From: an uncultured Candidatus Saccharibacteria bacterium
GTDB taxonomy: Bacteria > Patescibacteriota > Saccharimonadia > UBA4664 > CAZJNH01
Reading direction: 5' to 3'
Length of the DNA: 64,000 nt
Assembly: GCA_964547425.1 (NCBI GenBank)
Contig: CAZJNH010000001.1
Location: 5,295 to 69,294, forward strand
Both the position numbers and the translations under genes were made by a program. The notes under the pieces were generated by a model, which was not told the DNA's origin, made no database searches, and worked only from the letters and a program-made list of their open reading frames with translations. Shown piece after piece: positions 27,291-36,717 of the stretch (position 1 is its first letter; each line of letters starts with the position of its first letter).

Positions 27291-28303
27291 GCCAAAACCT
27301 CCTTTTTGGTCACCCTTTGGCGGTAGTAGTAAAATCCAACCGGCAAAAAGACCGCCATATTCACGAGCCGGTAAACCAAGACTATCGAAAAACTTAGGCT
27401 AAAGGGCTGGCCTAAAGCCACTAGAGTCGCGATCATCGCCGCCTCATAAGCTCCGGCGCCGTTGGTAGCCACCCCGGTCAGGCTAAAGATATTAGCCAAA
27501 GTATAGGCGGCAACCACCACGCCCGGGTTAATCCAAACCCCAAAAGCCGCGAACACCACATAAACCGTTGCTACCTCGGTTACATTGCCGACTATCGAGT
27601 AAATCGCCGGTTGATGCCATAATCCGTGCCGCTGAAACAGCAGCTGCTTACCCTGGTAAAATTCATCCAGAAAACCCCCAATCTGCTCGCTGGTAACCAG
27701 TTGACGGTGCCGCAGCCGCTGCCACAGGCGGTTAGCAAACCTCACCATAGGCATCAGTAGCCGCTCCACTAACCCGCGCTGGTTAATCACCGCCGCCAGA
27801 AAAATGCCAATGCCGAGCAGCAGCATAATAAACAGCAAGATCACCCTCACCGTCACACGGTTGACGTTGCCGCCATAAAAAAGCAGTAAGAACCCGATTC
27901 CCAGTACTACCAAAAAGGACAAGTACCCGAAAACCTGCCAGCCAAGCTGCGCCAGCGTGGTTTTGCCGGACGGCACTTCGTCGCTTAAATCTTTGGCGAA
28001 GTAGGAAATCCCGGATATGCCGGCTGAAGGAAACGCCTGGTTAACGAAGTTAATCGCGATAGCGGCTTTGTATAGTCTCTTGAGATCGATTTTGTAGCCC
28101 AAGATCGAAAGAAAACTCTCGTAAAACTTGGCGTTAAAGTAGTAGCCGACCAATTGGATCGGAATTAATAAAATCAGAATCAACGGGTTTACGTGCCGGA
28201 AAATTTCCGGCAGCTGGCTTAGTCGGCCGAGGTTAGCCGCGACGATACCAATTAGAGCGACTAGGCCGACGCTAACCAATAATCTGCGAGCAGTCATAAC
28301 CAA
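27287..28303 (-). CDS. polytopic membrane protein, UPF0104/flippase-like (lysylphosphatidylglycerol-synthase TM-region-like)
   Basis: 338 aa with about 8 predicted TM helices. Similarity to the family is by overall architecture only. Confidence 0.5.
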   Translation of the reverse strand: MVMTARRLLVSVGLVALIGIVAANLGRLSQLPEIFRHVNPLILILLIPIQLVGYYFNAKFYESFLSILGYKIDLKRLYKAAIAINFVNQAFPSAGISGISYFAKDLSDEVPSGKTTLAQLGWQVFGYLSFLVVLGIGFLLLFYGGNVNRVTVRVILLFIMLLLGIGIFLAAVINQRGLVERLLMPMVRFANRLWQRLRHRQLVTSEQIGGFLDEFYQGKQLLFQRHGLWHQPAIYSIVGNVTEVATVYVVFAAFGVWINPGVVVAAYTLANIFSLTGVATNGAGAYEAAMIATLVALGQPFSLSFSIVLVYRLVNMAVFLPVGFYYYRQRVTKKEVLA

Positions 28304-28343
28304 TATTATATCGAGGATTCAGGATACACGATACACTTAGACT

Positions 28344-29459
28344 ATGAAGTATCTTGCGGTATTGGGCCGGGAAGCTGAACTGTCGCTAGCGGAACTGGAG
28401 AGTGTGCTTGGCGGGGTGGAGCCGTTCGGCGGCTGTGCCTTAATCCCAGCCTTGCCGGATCAAAACCAACTGGGAGGTTCGGTTAAGCTGGCCAAAGTTG
28501 TTCGGCGATCGCCTTGGGCAGGCTGGGACAAGCTGAAGCTTAACCTCGACCAATTACCGCTCACTGAAGGCAAAACCACCTTCGGAGTCAGTTTTTACGG
28601 ACCTCCAACCCTAGCCGGAGGCGCGAAGAAATTCGCTCTTGAACTCAAAAAGCAGCTTCCTGGTTCCGCCCGAGCTGTCGTCTCCGACTCTCCTCTAACC
28701 GCGGCTCAACTCAAGTTCAATAAAGTGCTCGATAAGGGGTTTGAGCTAATCGTGGCGGTCAACGCCAACGAGGCGATTTTAGCTCTAACTGAATCGTTCC
28801 AGGACATCGATTGGTACTCAAAGCGTGACTATGACCGGCCAGGCCGCGACGCCAAAGTCGGAATGCTGCCTCCTAAGCTCGCCCAAATAATGATCAACCT
28901 GTCTAAGGGCGATAAAATTTATGACCCGTTCTGCGGCACCGGCGTAGTTCTCCAGGAAGCCCTGCTAATGGGCAAGCCGGCCAGCGGGTCTGATCTTGAG
29001 CCTCGGATGGTTGAGCTAACCGAAAAAAACCTCGCCTGGCTGCGCCAGCAAGTTGAAAGTGAATTGGCCGACGCTGAAGTAAGCCAGGCCGACGCTCGTA
29101 CGGTGCAAATTCCGGCAGGCTTCTCGGTTGTGTCCGAAGGTTACCTGGGCCCGCCCTTAACCAAAGCCCCTTCTCCGGACGAATTAGGTAAACTGAAGGC
29201 TGAGCTAGGTACTCTATTTACTGGGTGCTTAAGCAGCTGGAGCAAACAAAACGTTAGCCGGGTTTGCTTGGCGATCCCTTCCTGGCGAGTTAATTGGTCA
29301 TCGAGCTTCGGCCCCCTCCAAGCCCCAGCGCTCATTGACCATCTCGATACAGTTGGGTATAATTTGGTGCGATTTAAACACGCCGACAGCCGTAAGTTAA
29401 TTTATGCCCGGAAAGACCAATTGGTCGGGCGCCAGCTGTTGGTCCTGGAGAAAAAATAA
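28344..29459 (+). CDS. putative RNA (guanine-N2) methyltransferase, Trm11/RlmL-like
   Basis: Motif I (YDPFCGTGVVLQEA) and a degenerate motif IV (GYLGPP). N-terminal THUMP-like region. Confidence 0.5.
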   Translation: MKYLAVLGREAELSLAELESVLGGVEPFGGCALIPALPDQNQLGGSVKLAKVVRRSPWAGWDKLKLNLDQLPLTEGKTTFGVSFYGPPTLAGGAKKFALELKKQLPGSARAVVSDSPLTAAQLKFNKVLDKGFELIVAVNANEAILALTESFQDIDWYSKRDYDRPGRDAKVGMLPPKLAQIMINLSKGDKIYDPFCGTGVVLQEALLMGKPASGSDLEPRMVELTEKNLAWLRQQVESELADAEVSQADARTVQIPAGFSVVSEGYLGPPLTKAPSPDELGKLKAELGTLFTGCLSSWSKQNVSRVCLAIPSWRVNWSSSFGPLQAPALIDHLDTVGYNLVRFKHADSRKLIYARKDQLVGRQLLVLEKK

Positions 29460-29462
29460 GTC

Positions 29463-29741
29463 ATGGCACACGTAAAAGCAGGGGGAACATCACGGTTAGG
29501 GAGAGACTCGGAGTCAAAACGGCTCGGGGTTAAATTGTTTGGCGGCGAAACCGTAACCGCCGGCCAAATCATCGTGCGCCAGCGCGGCACTAAAATGATC
29601 GCCGGCCCCGGCACTTCCCTGGGCAAAGACCACACCATTCATGCCACCCAAGCCGGTAAAGTTAATTACTCCGTCAAACGCAAAACCGACTTCTCAAGCG
29701 CCCACACTCGCCGTACGCACGTCTCCGTAATTTCTAATTAG
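29463..29741 (+). CDS. rpmA: 50S ribosomal protein L27
   Basis: [16 protein letters not shown]...[11 protein letters not shown], the L27 signature. Confidence 0.85.
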   Translation: MAHVKAGGTSRLGRDSESKRLGVKLFGGETVTAGQIIVRQRGTKMIAGPGTSLGKDHTIHATQAGKVNYSVKRKTDFSSAHTRRTHVSVISN

Positions 29742-29761
29742 TAATTATTAGTAATTTCGAA

Positions 29762-31417
29762 TTAGGCTCGCGAGAGCCTCATTTTTAGTTTCTCGACCAT
29801 TCGCCGGTCGTCCCAGTAATGGGCAACGGCGGCTTGAATGAAGCCGTTAAACAACGGATGAGGCTGGTCGGGACGTGATTTGAACTCCGGATGGAATTGG
29901 CTGGCTACAAAAAACGGATGGTCCTTCAGCTCAACTAACTCAACCAACTTGTTATCGGGACTAACGCCGGCAAACACCAAGCCGGCTTTATTTAATTTCG
30001 CCCGGTAAGCATTGTTTAGCTCATAGCGATGTCGGTGACGTTCCAAGACTTGAGTTTTACCGTAAAGTTTCCGGCTTAATGTGCCAGCGGCTAATTTGCA
30101 GGGATAATTGCCCAGCCGCATGGTGCCCCCTTTTTCGGTAACGGTCTTTTGGTCGGCCATAATGTCGATCACCGGATGTTTGGTGTTGGGGTCAACTTCG
30201 GTGGTATTTACCTTGTCGGTATCTAGTATTCTGCGCGCTATCGCTATAGTAGCGGTTTGCATACCGAGGCACAGGCCCAAATAAGGCAGTTTGTTGTCTA
30301 TCGAGTAATTAGCGGCGATGATTTTGCCTTCAACCCCCCGCGAACCAAACCCGCCCGGTACAATCAGCCCGTCGAAACCGCTTAAAAGCGACGCTCCGTC
30401 CTCACTTTCGACCTTTTCGGCATCAACCCACTTGATGTCGACGCTGACACCATTGGCCCACCCGGCAGCCTTGGTCGCTTCGAAAACACTCATATAGGTG
30501 TCAACATTACTCATATACTTTGCGACAACGCCGACGCGAATCACCGGATGCGGGCCTTTGATGGTTTTCACCAGCTTCTCCCAGCCATTGTGCTGGGGTT
30601 TTTTGCGCGGCAAGCCTAAGTGTTTGCAAACGTAGTCACCAAATCCTTCAGCCTCCAAAAGCAATGGGACCTCATAGACCGTTTCGACGTTCGGCAGAGC
30701 AATGATTCCGCCCTGATCGACATCACAAAATAAGCTCAACTTTTTGATCGTGGCTTCATCGACCGGTTTCTCGGACCGGGCAAAAATAATTTCCGGCTGG
30801 ATACCCGCTTCCCGCAAATCCCTGACGGTGTTTTGGGCCGGCTTTGTTTTGAGCTCCTTACTGGTTTCGATGTAGGGCAAATAAACTAAGTGGGCGTAAA
30901 GCGCGTTCTCGGCCCCTACGCGGCGTTTAAACTGCCGAATAGCTTCGAGAAATCCCAGACTTTCGTAGTCCCCGACCGTCCCGCCAATCTCAACAATATG
31001 GACATCGTAGCCTTTACCGGCCGCCTCGATAGCCTTTTGCATCTCGGTGGTGACGTGAGGAATAATCTGGACCGTTTTGCCCAAGTACTTCCCCGCCCTT
31101 TCCGCCGCAATGATGTTGGCGTAGATTTGGCCGCTCATTAACGAGCTTTTGCGTTCCAGCTCCTGGTTCAAAAACCGTTCATAGTGTCCGAGGTCCAAAT
31201 CGGTTTCGGCGCCGTCTTTAGTCACAAAAACTTCGCCGTGCTCCCCAGGATTCAGGGTGCCGGCGTCGGTGTTTAGGTAGGGGTCGCATTTTTGGATGTT
31301 GACGGAAAATCCGCGGGCTTTGAGCAGATGTCCTATGGCGGCGGAGGTGATGCCTTTGCCGAGTCCGGAAAGGACTCCGCCGGTCACAAATATGTACTTA
31401 GTCTGCCCCTTGGCCAC
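29762..31417 (-). CDS. pyrG: CTP synthase
   Basis: 551 aa. N-terminal synthase domain (YIFVTGGVLSGLGKG), C-terminal glutamine amidotransferase (GLCLGMQ). Confidence 0.9.
   Translation of the reverse strand: MAKGQTKYIFVTGGVLSGLGKGITSAAIGHLLKARGFSVNIQKCDPYLNTDAGTLNPGEHGEVFVTKDGAETDLDLGHYERFLNQELERKSSLMSGQIYANIIAAERAGKYLGKTVQIIPHVTTEMQKAIEAAGKGYDVHIVEIGGTVGDYESLGFLEAIRQFKRRVGAENALYAHLVYLPYIETSKELKTKPAQNTVRDLREAGIQPEIIFARSEKPVDEATIKKLSLFCDVDQGGIIALPNVETVYEVPLLLEAEGFGDYVCKHLGLPRKKPQHNGWEKLVKTIKGPHPVIRVGVVAKYMSNVDTYMSVFEATKAAGWANGVSVDIKWVDAEKVESEDGASLLSGFDGLIVPGGFGSRGVEGKIIAANYSIDNKLPYLGLCLGMQTATIAIARRILDTDKVNTTEVDPNTKHPVIDIMADQKTVTEKGGTMRLGNYPCKLAAGTLSRKLYGKTQVLERHRHRYELNNAYRAKLNKAGLVFAGVSPDNKLVELVELKDHPFFVASQFHPEFKSRPDQPHPLFNGFIQAAVAHYWDDRRMVEKLKMRLSRA
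29764..29786 (+). terminator. intrinsic terminator for rpmA (hairpin lies inside the 3' codons of convergent pyrG)
   Basis: AGGCTC-GCGA-GAGCCT stem-loop followed by CATTTTT. Confidence 0.4.
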
Positions 31418-31521
31418 AAACCCCCATTTAGCTTATGCTCTAAAACTTCTTACCAATGATACTAAAAGCTAGTAAGAGAATCTAGTATGCGCGCCTTGAT
31501 TCTAGCTTCTCATTCTAACTT

Positions 31522-32691
31522 CTATTTGAAGAGTTGGAGGGTGCGTTCGAGTTGAGGATCAACCAAGCTGTTCTTGTTGTCAGGCTGCTTAATTTCAACA
31601 TCCGGCTTAATCCCCAGATGGTCAATCCCCCGCCCTTTCGGGGTAAACCAATGTGCGATCGTGACCTTTAGTTCACTGCCGCCATCTAGGTTAATTATGT
31701 CCTGGACGCTCCCTTTGCCGAAGCTCTTCTCCCCAACTAGTTTCGCTGCACCTTGGTCCTGCAAAGCTCCAGCAACAATTTCGCTGGCCGAGGCGCTGCC
31801 GCCGTTGATCATTACTAGGAGCTGGGCACCTATTAGTTTACCGCCGGCTTGGGCCTTCAAGACCTTTTCGGTCTTGCCGGCGTGCCTCTCGGAGACCACT
31901 ACTTTACCGGCCGGCAGAAATTGGCTCGCTACTTGAACCGCTGCATCGAGATAACCACCGGGATCGTTTCGTAAGTCGAGCAAAAACTTGGTGGCGCCTT
32001 TTGCCCTCAGCTCCGTTGCTGCTTGGTCGAGCTTGGTACCGGTATCATCAGCGAACCGGGTAACTTGAATATAGCCGACTCCGCCTTTCATACTCCACTT
32101 CACGCTTGGCACCATGATGATCTGGCGCTTGATAGTGACGTCAAAAACCTTCAGCCCGCGGGCTAACTTGAGCTTAACTGAACTGCCGGCTGTGCCGCGG
32201 ATTTTGGTGACGGCTTGGTCGACCGTCAAACCTTGGGTGTCTTTGCCGTCGATGGCGATAACTTCGTCTCCGGGCCGCAAACCTGCCGACTGAGCCGGTG
32301 AGCCCTCGAGCGGCGCAACTATTATCAGCTGGCCGTCTTTTTGGCCGAGCTCAGCCCCAATTCCGCTCAAGGTGCCGTTTAGATCGTCATCGAGCTCCTT
32401 GGCCTCCCCGGCCGTCAAATAGACCGTATAGGGATCTCCGGCCGCTGCTACTAAACCAGCTTTTGCCCCGTCGAGCAGCTTGCCTTGTTCGAGCTTGCCG
32501 TCGAATTTGTCTTTTAGCAGCTGCTCGATCTTGGTTAAAGAATAATAACTGTTCGTCGATTTGGCTTGGTATTGGGAGTAAACCACGCCCATCCCGAAAC
32601 CATAGCCAATCAGTCCAACGGCAATAAAAAAACCGAGCGCCGCTCGCTTGGCTCTAGCGGACTTTTTGGGATGCCTTAATGAATGAACCAC
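31522..32691 (-). CDS. ctpA: carboxy-terminal processing peptidase (S41, PDZ-containing)
   Basis: TM/signal, PDZ (GLRPGDEVIAIDG), S41 catalytic region (GGSASASEI). Confidence 0.8.
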   Translation of the reverse strand: MVHSLRHPKKSARAKRAALGFFIAVGLIGYGFGMGVVYSQYQAKSTNSYYSLTKIEQLLKDKFDGKLEQGKLLDGAKAGLVAAAGDPYTVYLTAGEAKELDDDLNGTLSGIGAELGQKDGQLIIVAPLEGSPAQSAGLRPGDEVIAIDGKDTQGLTVDQAVTKIRGTAGSSVKLKLARGLKVFDVTIKRQIIMVPSVKWSMKGGVGYIQVTRFADDTGTKLDQAATELRAKGATKFLLDLRNDPGGYLDAAVQVASQFLPAGKVVVSERHAGKTEKVLKAQAGGKLIGAQLLVMINGGSASASEIVAGALQDQGAAKLVGEKSFGKGSVQDIINLDGGSELKVTIAHWFTPKGRGIDHLGIKPDVEIKQPDNKNSLVDPQLERTLQLFK

Positions 32692-33875
32692 AGAGACGAG
32701 GAATTCCAGTAACTTTCACTATAACGGCCGCTAAAGTCGGCGTTGTATTGGCTAACAAAAACCTGAGCGCCGGTTACCGCCTCAACGATCATAACGTGGC
32801 CGAACTCGCCGCCGGTGTAAACGCCGATGGCACCGTACTCGGGATTGTGGTCGACCCTCATCCCGGACGCGTGGGCCCAGTTGACCCAGTCTTTGGCATT
32901 AGCCTGGCCCATGTAACCCCAAGCCGGAATCGGACGGCCGATCGCTGAACGTTTCCAGGCTGCGTAGGACGTGCACTCTCTCCAGTAGAAGCCCCAAGGG
33001 TCGACTCCGCCATCCTGAGGCTCACCGGCCCAGGGATATCCGCCGGTGCCGCCGTAGACTGAACCGCCGGAGTTGGCAGCGATCAAAGCCGCCTGCTGAG
33101 CTTCGAGTTGCGATAGTTTAGCTTTGTCGCCCTTTAGTTTGGATTGATAAACCGACTCTTGCCCTTGGGTCTCAGCCAACAACGCGTTGACTTCATTCTG
33201 CTGCTGGCTCAAACCGTATAGTAAAGACTGCTGCTGGGCGATGGTAGATTCCAGTTGTTTGGATTCATCTTCCAGCTGCCGTTTTAAATCAGCGATTTGG
33301 GCTACCGCCCGCTGGATATTGTCTTTAATCCGCTCCAAGTATTGCTGACCGTCTAAAAAGTCGCTTAAGTTGCCGCTGGAAAACAACATTTCCAGAGGTG
33401 TAACTTGGTTGGTCTGATAAATCAGCCGAACATTCTCGCCTAAAATAGCCTGTTTCTTTTTCAAATCGGCGTTGGCTTTGGCGATTTCATCGCTAAGCTG
33501 GGCCTGGCGGGCTCGAGCCAAATCCAGGGCCGCCTGGTTAGCGGCGATTTTGGCATTAAGTAACGCTAAGTGATTGTTCAAGGTGTCGGCCTTGGCCTGC
33601 CACTCATTCACCTGAGCTTGGCTCTGGGCGACCTGGCGGTTGGCGGCGTCGATCTGGTCCTGCAAACTGTCGGCCTTAACGGTCCGGCTATGCGCGATTA
33701 ACAAAAAAGCAGCCAAAGCTATCGCTAGCCTGGCTATATGATCGAACCGAACCGTCGAGAGAACCTTGGTCTGACTCTTTTGGTATTGCATTTTTCGCCT
33801 GCGAAAGGCTACCCCCATTGTACCGCTTATGCTCTGTCGGTCAAGATTATAACTTGAGGTACCGTGACATCGCAA
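32676..33875 (-). CDS. secreted coiled-coil protein with C-terminal CHAP peptidoglycan hydrolase domain (PcsB-like)
   Basis: Signal/TM, about 200 aa coiled-coil, then a CHAP-like C-terminal domain of about 110 aa (the catalytic Cys/His pair was not mapped). Immediately downstream of ftsX. An alternative start is the Met at 33791. Confidence 0.7.
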   Translation of the reverse strand: MRCHGTSSYNLDRQSISGTMGVAFRRRKMQYQKSQTKVLSTVRFDHIARLAIALAAFLLIAHSRTVKADSLQDQIDAANRQVAQSQAQVNEWQAKADTLNNHLALLNAKIAANQAALDLARARQAQLSDEIAKANADLKKKQAILGENVRLIYQTNQVTPLEMLFSSGNLSDFLDGQQYLERIKDNIQRAVAQIADLKRQLEDESKQLESTIAQQQSLLYGLSQQQNEVNALLAETQGQESVYQSKLKGDKAKLSQLEAQQAALIAANSGGSVYGGTGGYPWAGEPQDGGVDPWGFYWRECTSYAAWKRSAIGRPIPAWGYMGQANAKDWVNWAHASGMRVDHNPEYGAIGVYTGGEFGHVMIVEAVTGAQVFVSQYNADFSGRYSESYWNSSSLWFIH

Positions 33876-34770
33876 GCAAGGAGGAACCCATGCCGATTAC
33901 AGCGCCTAATCCGAGCTCGCCGAGCAGTATCAAATGCGGCGAGGAGTGGAACAAATGATTGACCCGGACCATGTCAAAGTTTTTGGCGAGCAACTGGCTC
34001 GGAGCGGTCACCAGCGAGTACACCACAACGGTCGCGATCACCGCGGCGATAATGCCGTAAAGCGCCGCCTCAAATAGGAATGGGCCGCGGATAAACCAGT
34101 TGGTCGCCCCTACCAGCCTCATAATTTCGATCTCCTCCCGCCGGGTAAAGATGGCCATCCGAATCGTGTTGAAAATAATCAGTGTAGAGATGGTCACAAA
34201 CAGCAAACTGGCGATCAGTCCGAAGGTACGAATGAAGTTACTGGAACGGATAATTTTGTCGATCGTCGCTTTGCGCTCGCCGCTATAACTGGTTGGCGTA
34301 ATCGGATCGAGCAGTTTCTTTACTTCCGGCCGAGCCACAAACGCGCTAATCGGGTCGAGCTTGTTTTGATCCCTAACCTTAATTTCAAACGAGGCGTTGA
34401 GTGGGTTATTCTGTTCGTTAACGGCCTCAAGCAACAAAGGATTGTCTTTGTTCTGCTCCCGATAGCGGGCCAGAGCGTCGGTCTTGGAAACGAAATTGAC
34501 CTCTTCGACATTATCGAGCCCGCGCAGATCCTGGCCCATCTTAATGATCTGGGGTTTGGTGGTGGTATCCGCGAGGTACACAGAGATGTCGATTTTGTTG
34601 ACGATCCCTTTAATGGTGTCGGTTAAAGCAATGTTCGCCACAAACGACAGCAGGATCACCGACAGTGTTACGGTCATCACGACCGCGGCGGCGGTAGAAA
34701 GCCAGGCGTTACGGAATAAATTGCGCGAACCGGCGCGCATAATCCGGCTAAACGAGACGTGCCAGGTCAT
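33847..34770 (-). CDS. ftsX: cell division ABC transporter permease FtsX
   Basis: Four-TM FtsX topology with a large extracellular loop. ATGA-coupled to ftsE. Confidence 0.85.
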   Translation of the reverse strand: MTWHVSFSRIMRAGSRNLFRNAWLSTAAAVVMTVTLSVILLSFVANIALTDTIKGIVNKIDISVYLADTTTKPQIIKMGQDLRGLDNVEEVNFVSKTDALARYREQNKDNPLLLEAVNEQNNPLNASFEIKVRDQNKLDPISAFVARPEVKKLLDPITPTSYSGERKATIDKIIRSSNFIRTFGLIASLLFVTISTLIIFNTIRMAIFTRREEIEIMRLVGATNWFIRGPFLFEAALYGIIAAVIATVVVYSLVTAPSQLLAKNFDMVRVNHLFHSSPHLILLGELGLGAVIGMGSSLLAMSRYLKL

Positions 34771-35447
34771 AGCGTATACCTCCCCTGCTGTTCGTCTTTG
34801 ACCAGCCGCCCACGGTTAATCGTGATCACCCGGCGCTTCAAGGCGTTAACGATTTCTTTGTTGTGTGTGGTTAAAAGTACGGTCGTACCGAAGCGGTTAA
34901 TTTTTAGCAGTAGTTCAATAATCTCCCAGGCTGTTTTGGGATCCAAGTTTCCAGTCGGTTCATCGGCTACCAGTATTTTTGGTTGGCGTACCAGGGCTCT
35001 GGCAATTGCCGCCCGCTGGCGTTCTCCACCGGATAATTCATCGGGAAAGTTATTGTGCTTAGCCGAAAGCCCGACCAGCTGCAACACCTTAGGAACCGCC
35101 CGTTTGATTTCCTTGTTTTTGGCCCCAGATACCTCCATCGCAAAGGCTACGTTTTCGTAGACGTTGCGCTGGGGCAGTAACTTAAAATCCTGGAACACAA
35201 CACCGATTTTACGCCGCACCTGCGGTATGTCTTTTTCTTTGAGCGTATCGTAATCCAAACCGGCAACAACGATTTTGCCGGAGGTCTGCTTTTCTTCGCG
35301 GGTCAGCAGTTTAATCAAAGTCGATTTACCGGCGCCGGATGAACCGACGATCGTCACAAACTCCTTTGGCTGGATGTGCAGGTTCACGCCTGACAGCGCG
35401 ACACTTTTGTTGGGGTAAATTTTGGTAACGCGGTCAAACAGTATCAC
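34767..35447 (-). CDS. ftsE: cell division ATP-binding protein FtsE
   Basis: Walker A (GSSGAGKST), ABC signature (LSGGERQR), Walker B (ILVADE). Confidence 0.9.
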   Translation of the reverse strand: MILFDRVTKIYPNKSVALSGVNLHIQPKEFVTIVGSSGAGKSTLIKLLTREEKQTSGKIVVAGLDYDTLKEKDIPQVRRKIGVVFQDFKLLPQRNVYENVAFAMEVSGAKNKEIKRAVPKVLQLVGLSAKHNNFPDELSGGERQRAAIARALVRQPKILVADEPTGNLDPKTAWEIIELLLKINRFGTTVLLTTHNKEIVNALKRRVITINRGRLVKDEQQGRYTL

Positions 35448-35497
35448 TCGGACATTCTATCAAACATTAGCAGTAAGTAGTAATTGAGTAGGGCTAG

Positions 35498-36580
35498 TTA
35501 TTGCATGTGGCCGTAGAGAGTCCATAGACCGTTGCCGTGGTCAATAACGATGTAGTGGCCGAAACCGTAAGCTTGGAAGCCGTTCATAATGATGTTGCCG
35601 CTGGCGGCGGCGTGGACCGGCTCGCCGTACGGGCCGCCAAGGTCGATACCGTCGTGGAAATGATACGACGGACAGCTGGCGTCATAAGCTTCAAAAGTGT
35701 AGGTGGTGCAGCCGAAGCCCTGATTGACCGTAAACTCATCCAGCGGCCAGCGCATTGAACTACCGGCGTAGTTGTTGGGGTTTTGAGGGTTACGGTTAAG
35801 GTAAACGCTCCAGTGAAGGTGGGCTCCGGTTGAGTTACCGGTCGAACCCTCATGCCCGATCACCTGGCCCTTAAACACAAAGCCGTACGATTTAGTGCTG
35901 CCGGTACCGATCATCGCCGAGATACTGGCAACAATCCGGTCCTCTTCGGCGCTCGCCTGTTTCAGCAACTGCTCGTAGCGCGACTGCTCGCCGCGCGTCT
36001 TGGTCAATAGATCCTGGATAGAGCGTTCCTGGGCCGCCAAGGCCTGTTTAGCCTGGCCAAGTTTGGTCATCTCCGCGTCCAGCTGCTTTTTGTCGGCCGC
36101 GATTTCGTCCACCAGCGCCTGAATCTTCATTTGCGAGGTCGTAAGATACTGCTGGCCGTCGAGGTACTGGCTGATGCTACCGGAACTGTAAAGCATCTCC
36201 AGTGGTGTCACCTGCGAATTAACGTATTGAGTTCTAACGTATTGGTCTAAAACTTTCTGCTTCGCGGCAATCCTCTCGTTGATGGCGTCTATCTGAGACT
36301 GCACGTCGTCGATCTCAGCCTGAAGTTTGGCGGCCTTATCCCGCATAATTCCCAGCTGTTGCTCCAGACTCGCGGCCTCGTCGGCCTTGGCGTTAGCCTG
36401 GCTCTTGAGATGCTGAACTTTGTTATCCAGGTTTTGAGCCTGCTGGGTCAGCGAGTCAACCGATTGGGCCCTGGCTACGGCCGGCGCCAAAATTAAAGCC
36501 GCCCCCAGCAAACTGCTGAATAAGCGGCGATAAAATCGTTCCTTGCCCAACTCCACGAAGTCTATTTTTACGGGACTCAT
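35498..36580 (-). CDS. secreted coiled-coil M23 (LytM-type) peptidase, EnvC-like
   Basis: Signal, about 200 aa coiled-coil, M23 motifs (GHEGSTGNSTGAHLHWSVY). Directly upstream of ftsEX. Confidence 0.75.
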   Translation of the reverse strand: MSPVKIDFVELGKERFYRRLFSSLLGAALILAPAVARAQSVDSLTQQAQNLDNKVQHLKSQANAKADEAASLEQQLGIMRDKAAKLQAEIDDVQSQIDAINERIAAKQKVLDQYVRTQYVNSQVTPLEMLYSSGSISQYLDGQQYLTTSQMKIQALVDEIAADKKQLDAEMTKLGQAKQALAAQERSIQDLLTKTRGEQSRYEQLLKQASAEEDRIVASISAMIGTGSTKSYGFVFKGQVIGHEGSTGNSTGAHLHWSVYLNRNPQNPNNYAGSSMRWPLDEFTVNQGFGCTTYTFEAYDASCPSYHFHDGIDLGGPYGEPVHAAASGNIIMNGFQAYGFGHYIVIDHGNGLWTLYGHMQ

Positions 36581-36717
36581 CGTTCCAAGTCAAATCGGAA
36601 TTTGCCTTGCCTAAGCCGAAAATACTCGGCTGGTCAAAAAAATTATCGCCCGGAATGGGCTTAAGCTAGGCAAAAATCCAAAATCGGACAGCGTTTGGAA
36701 ACACTTTTTTGGAATAT

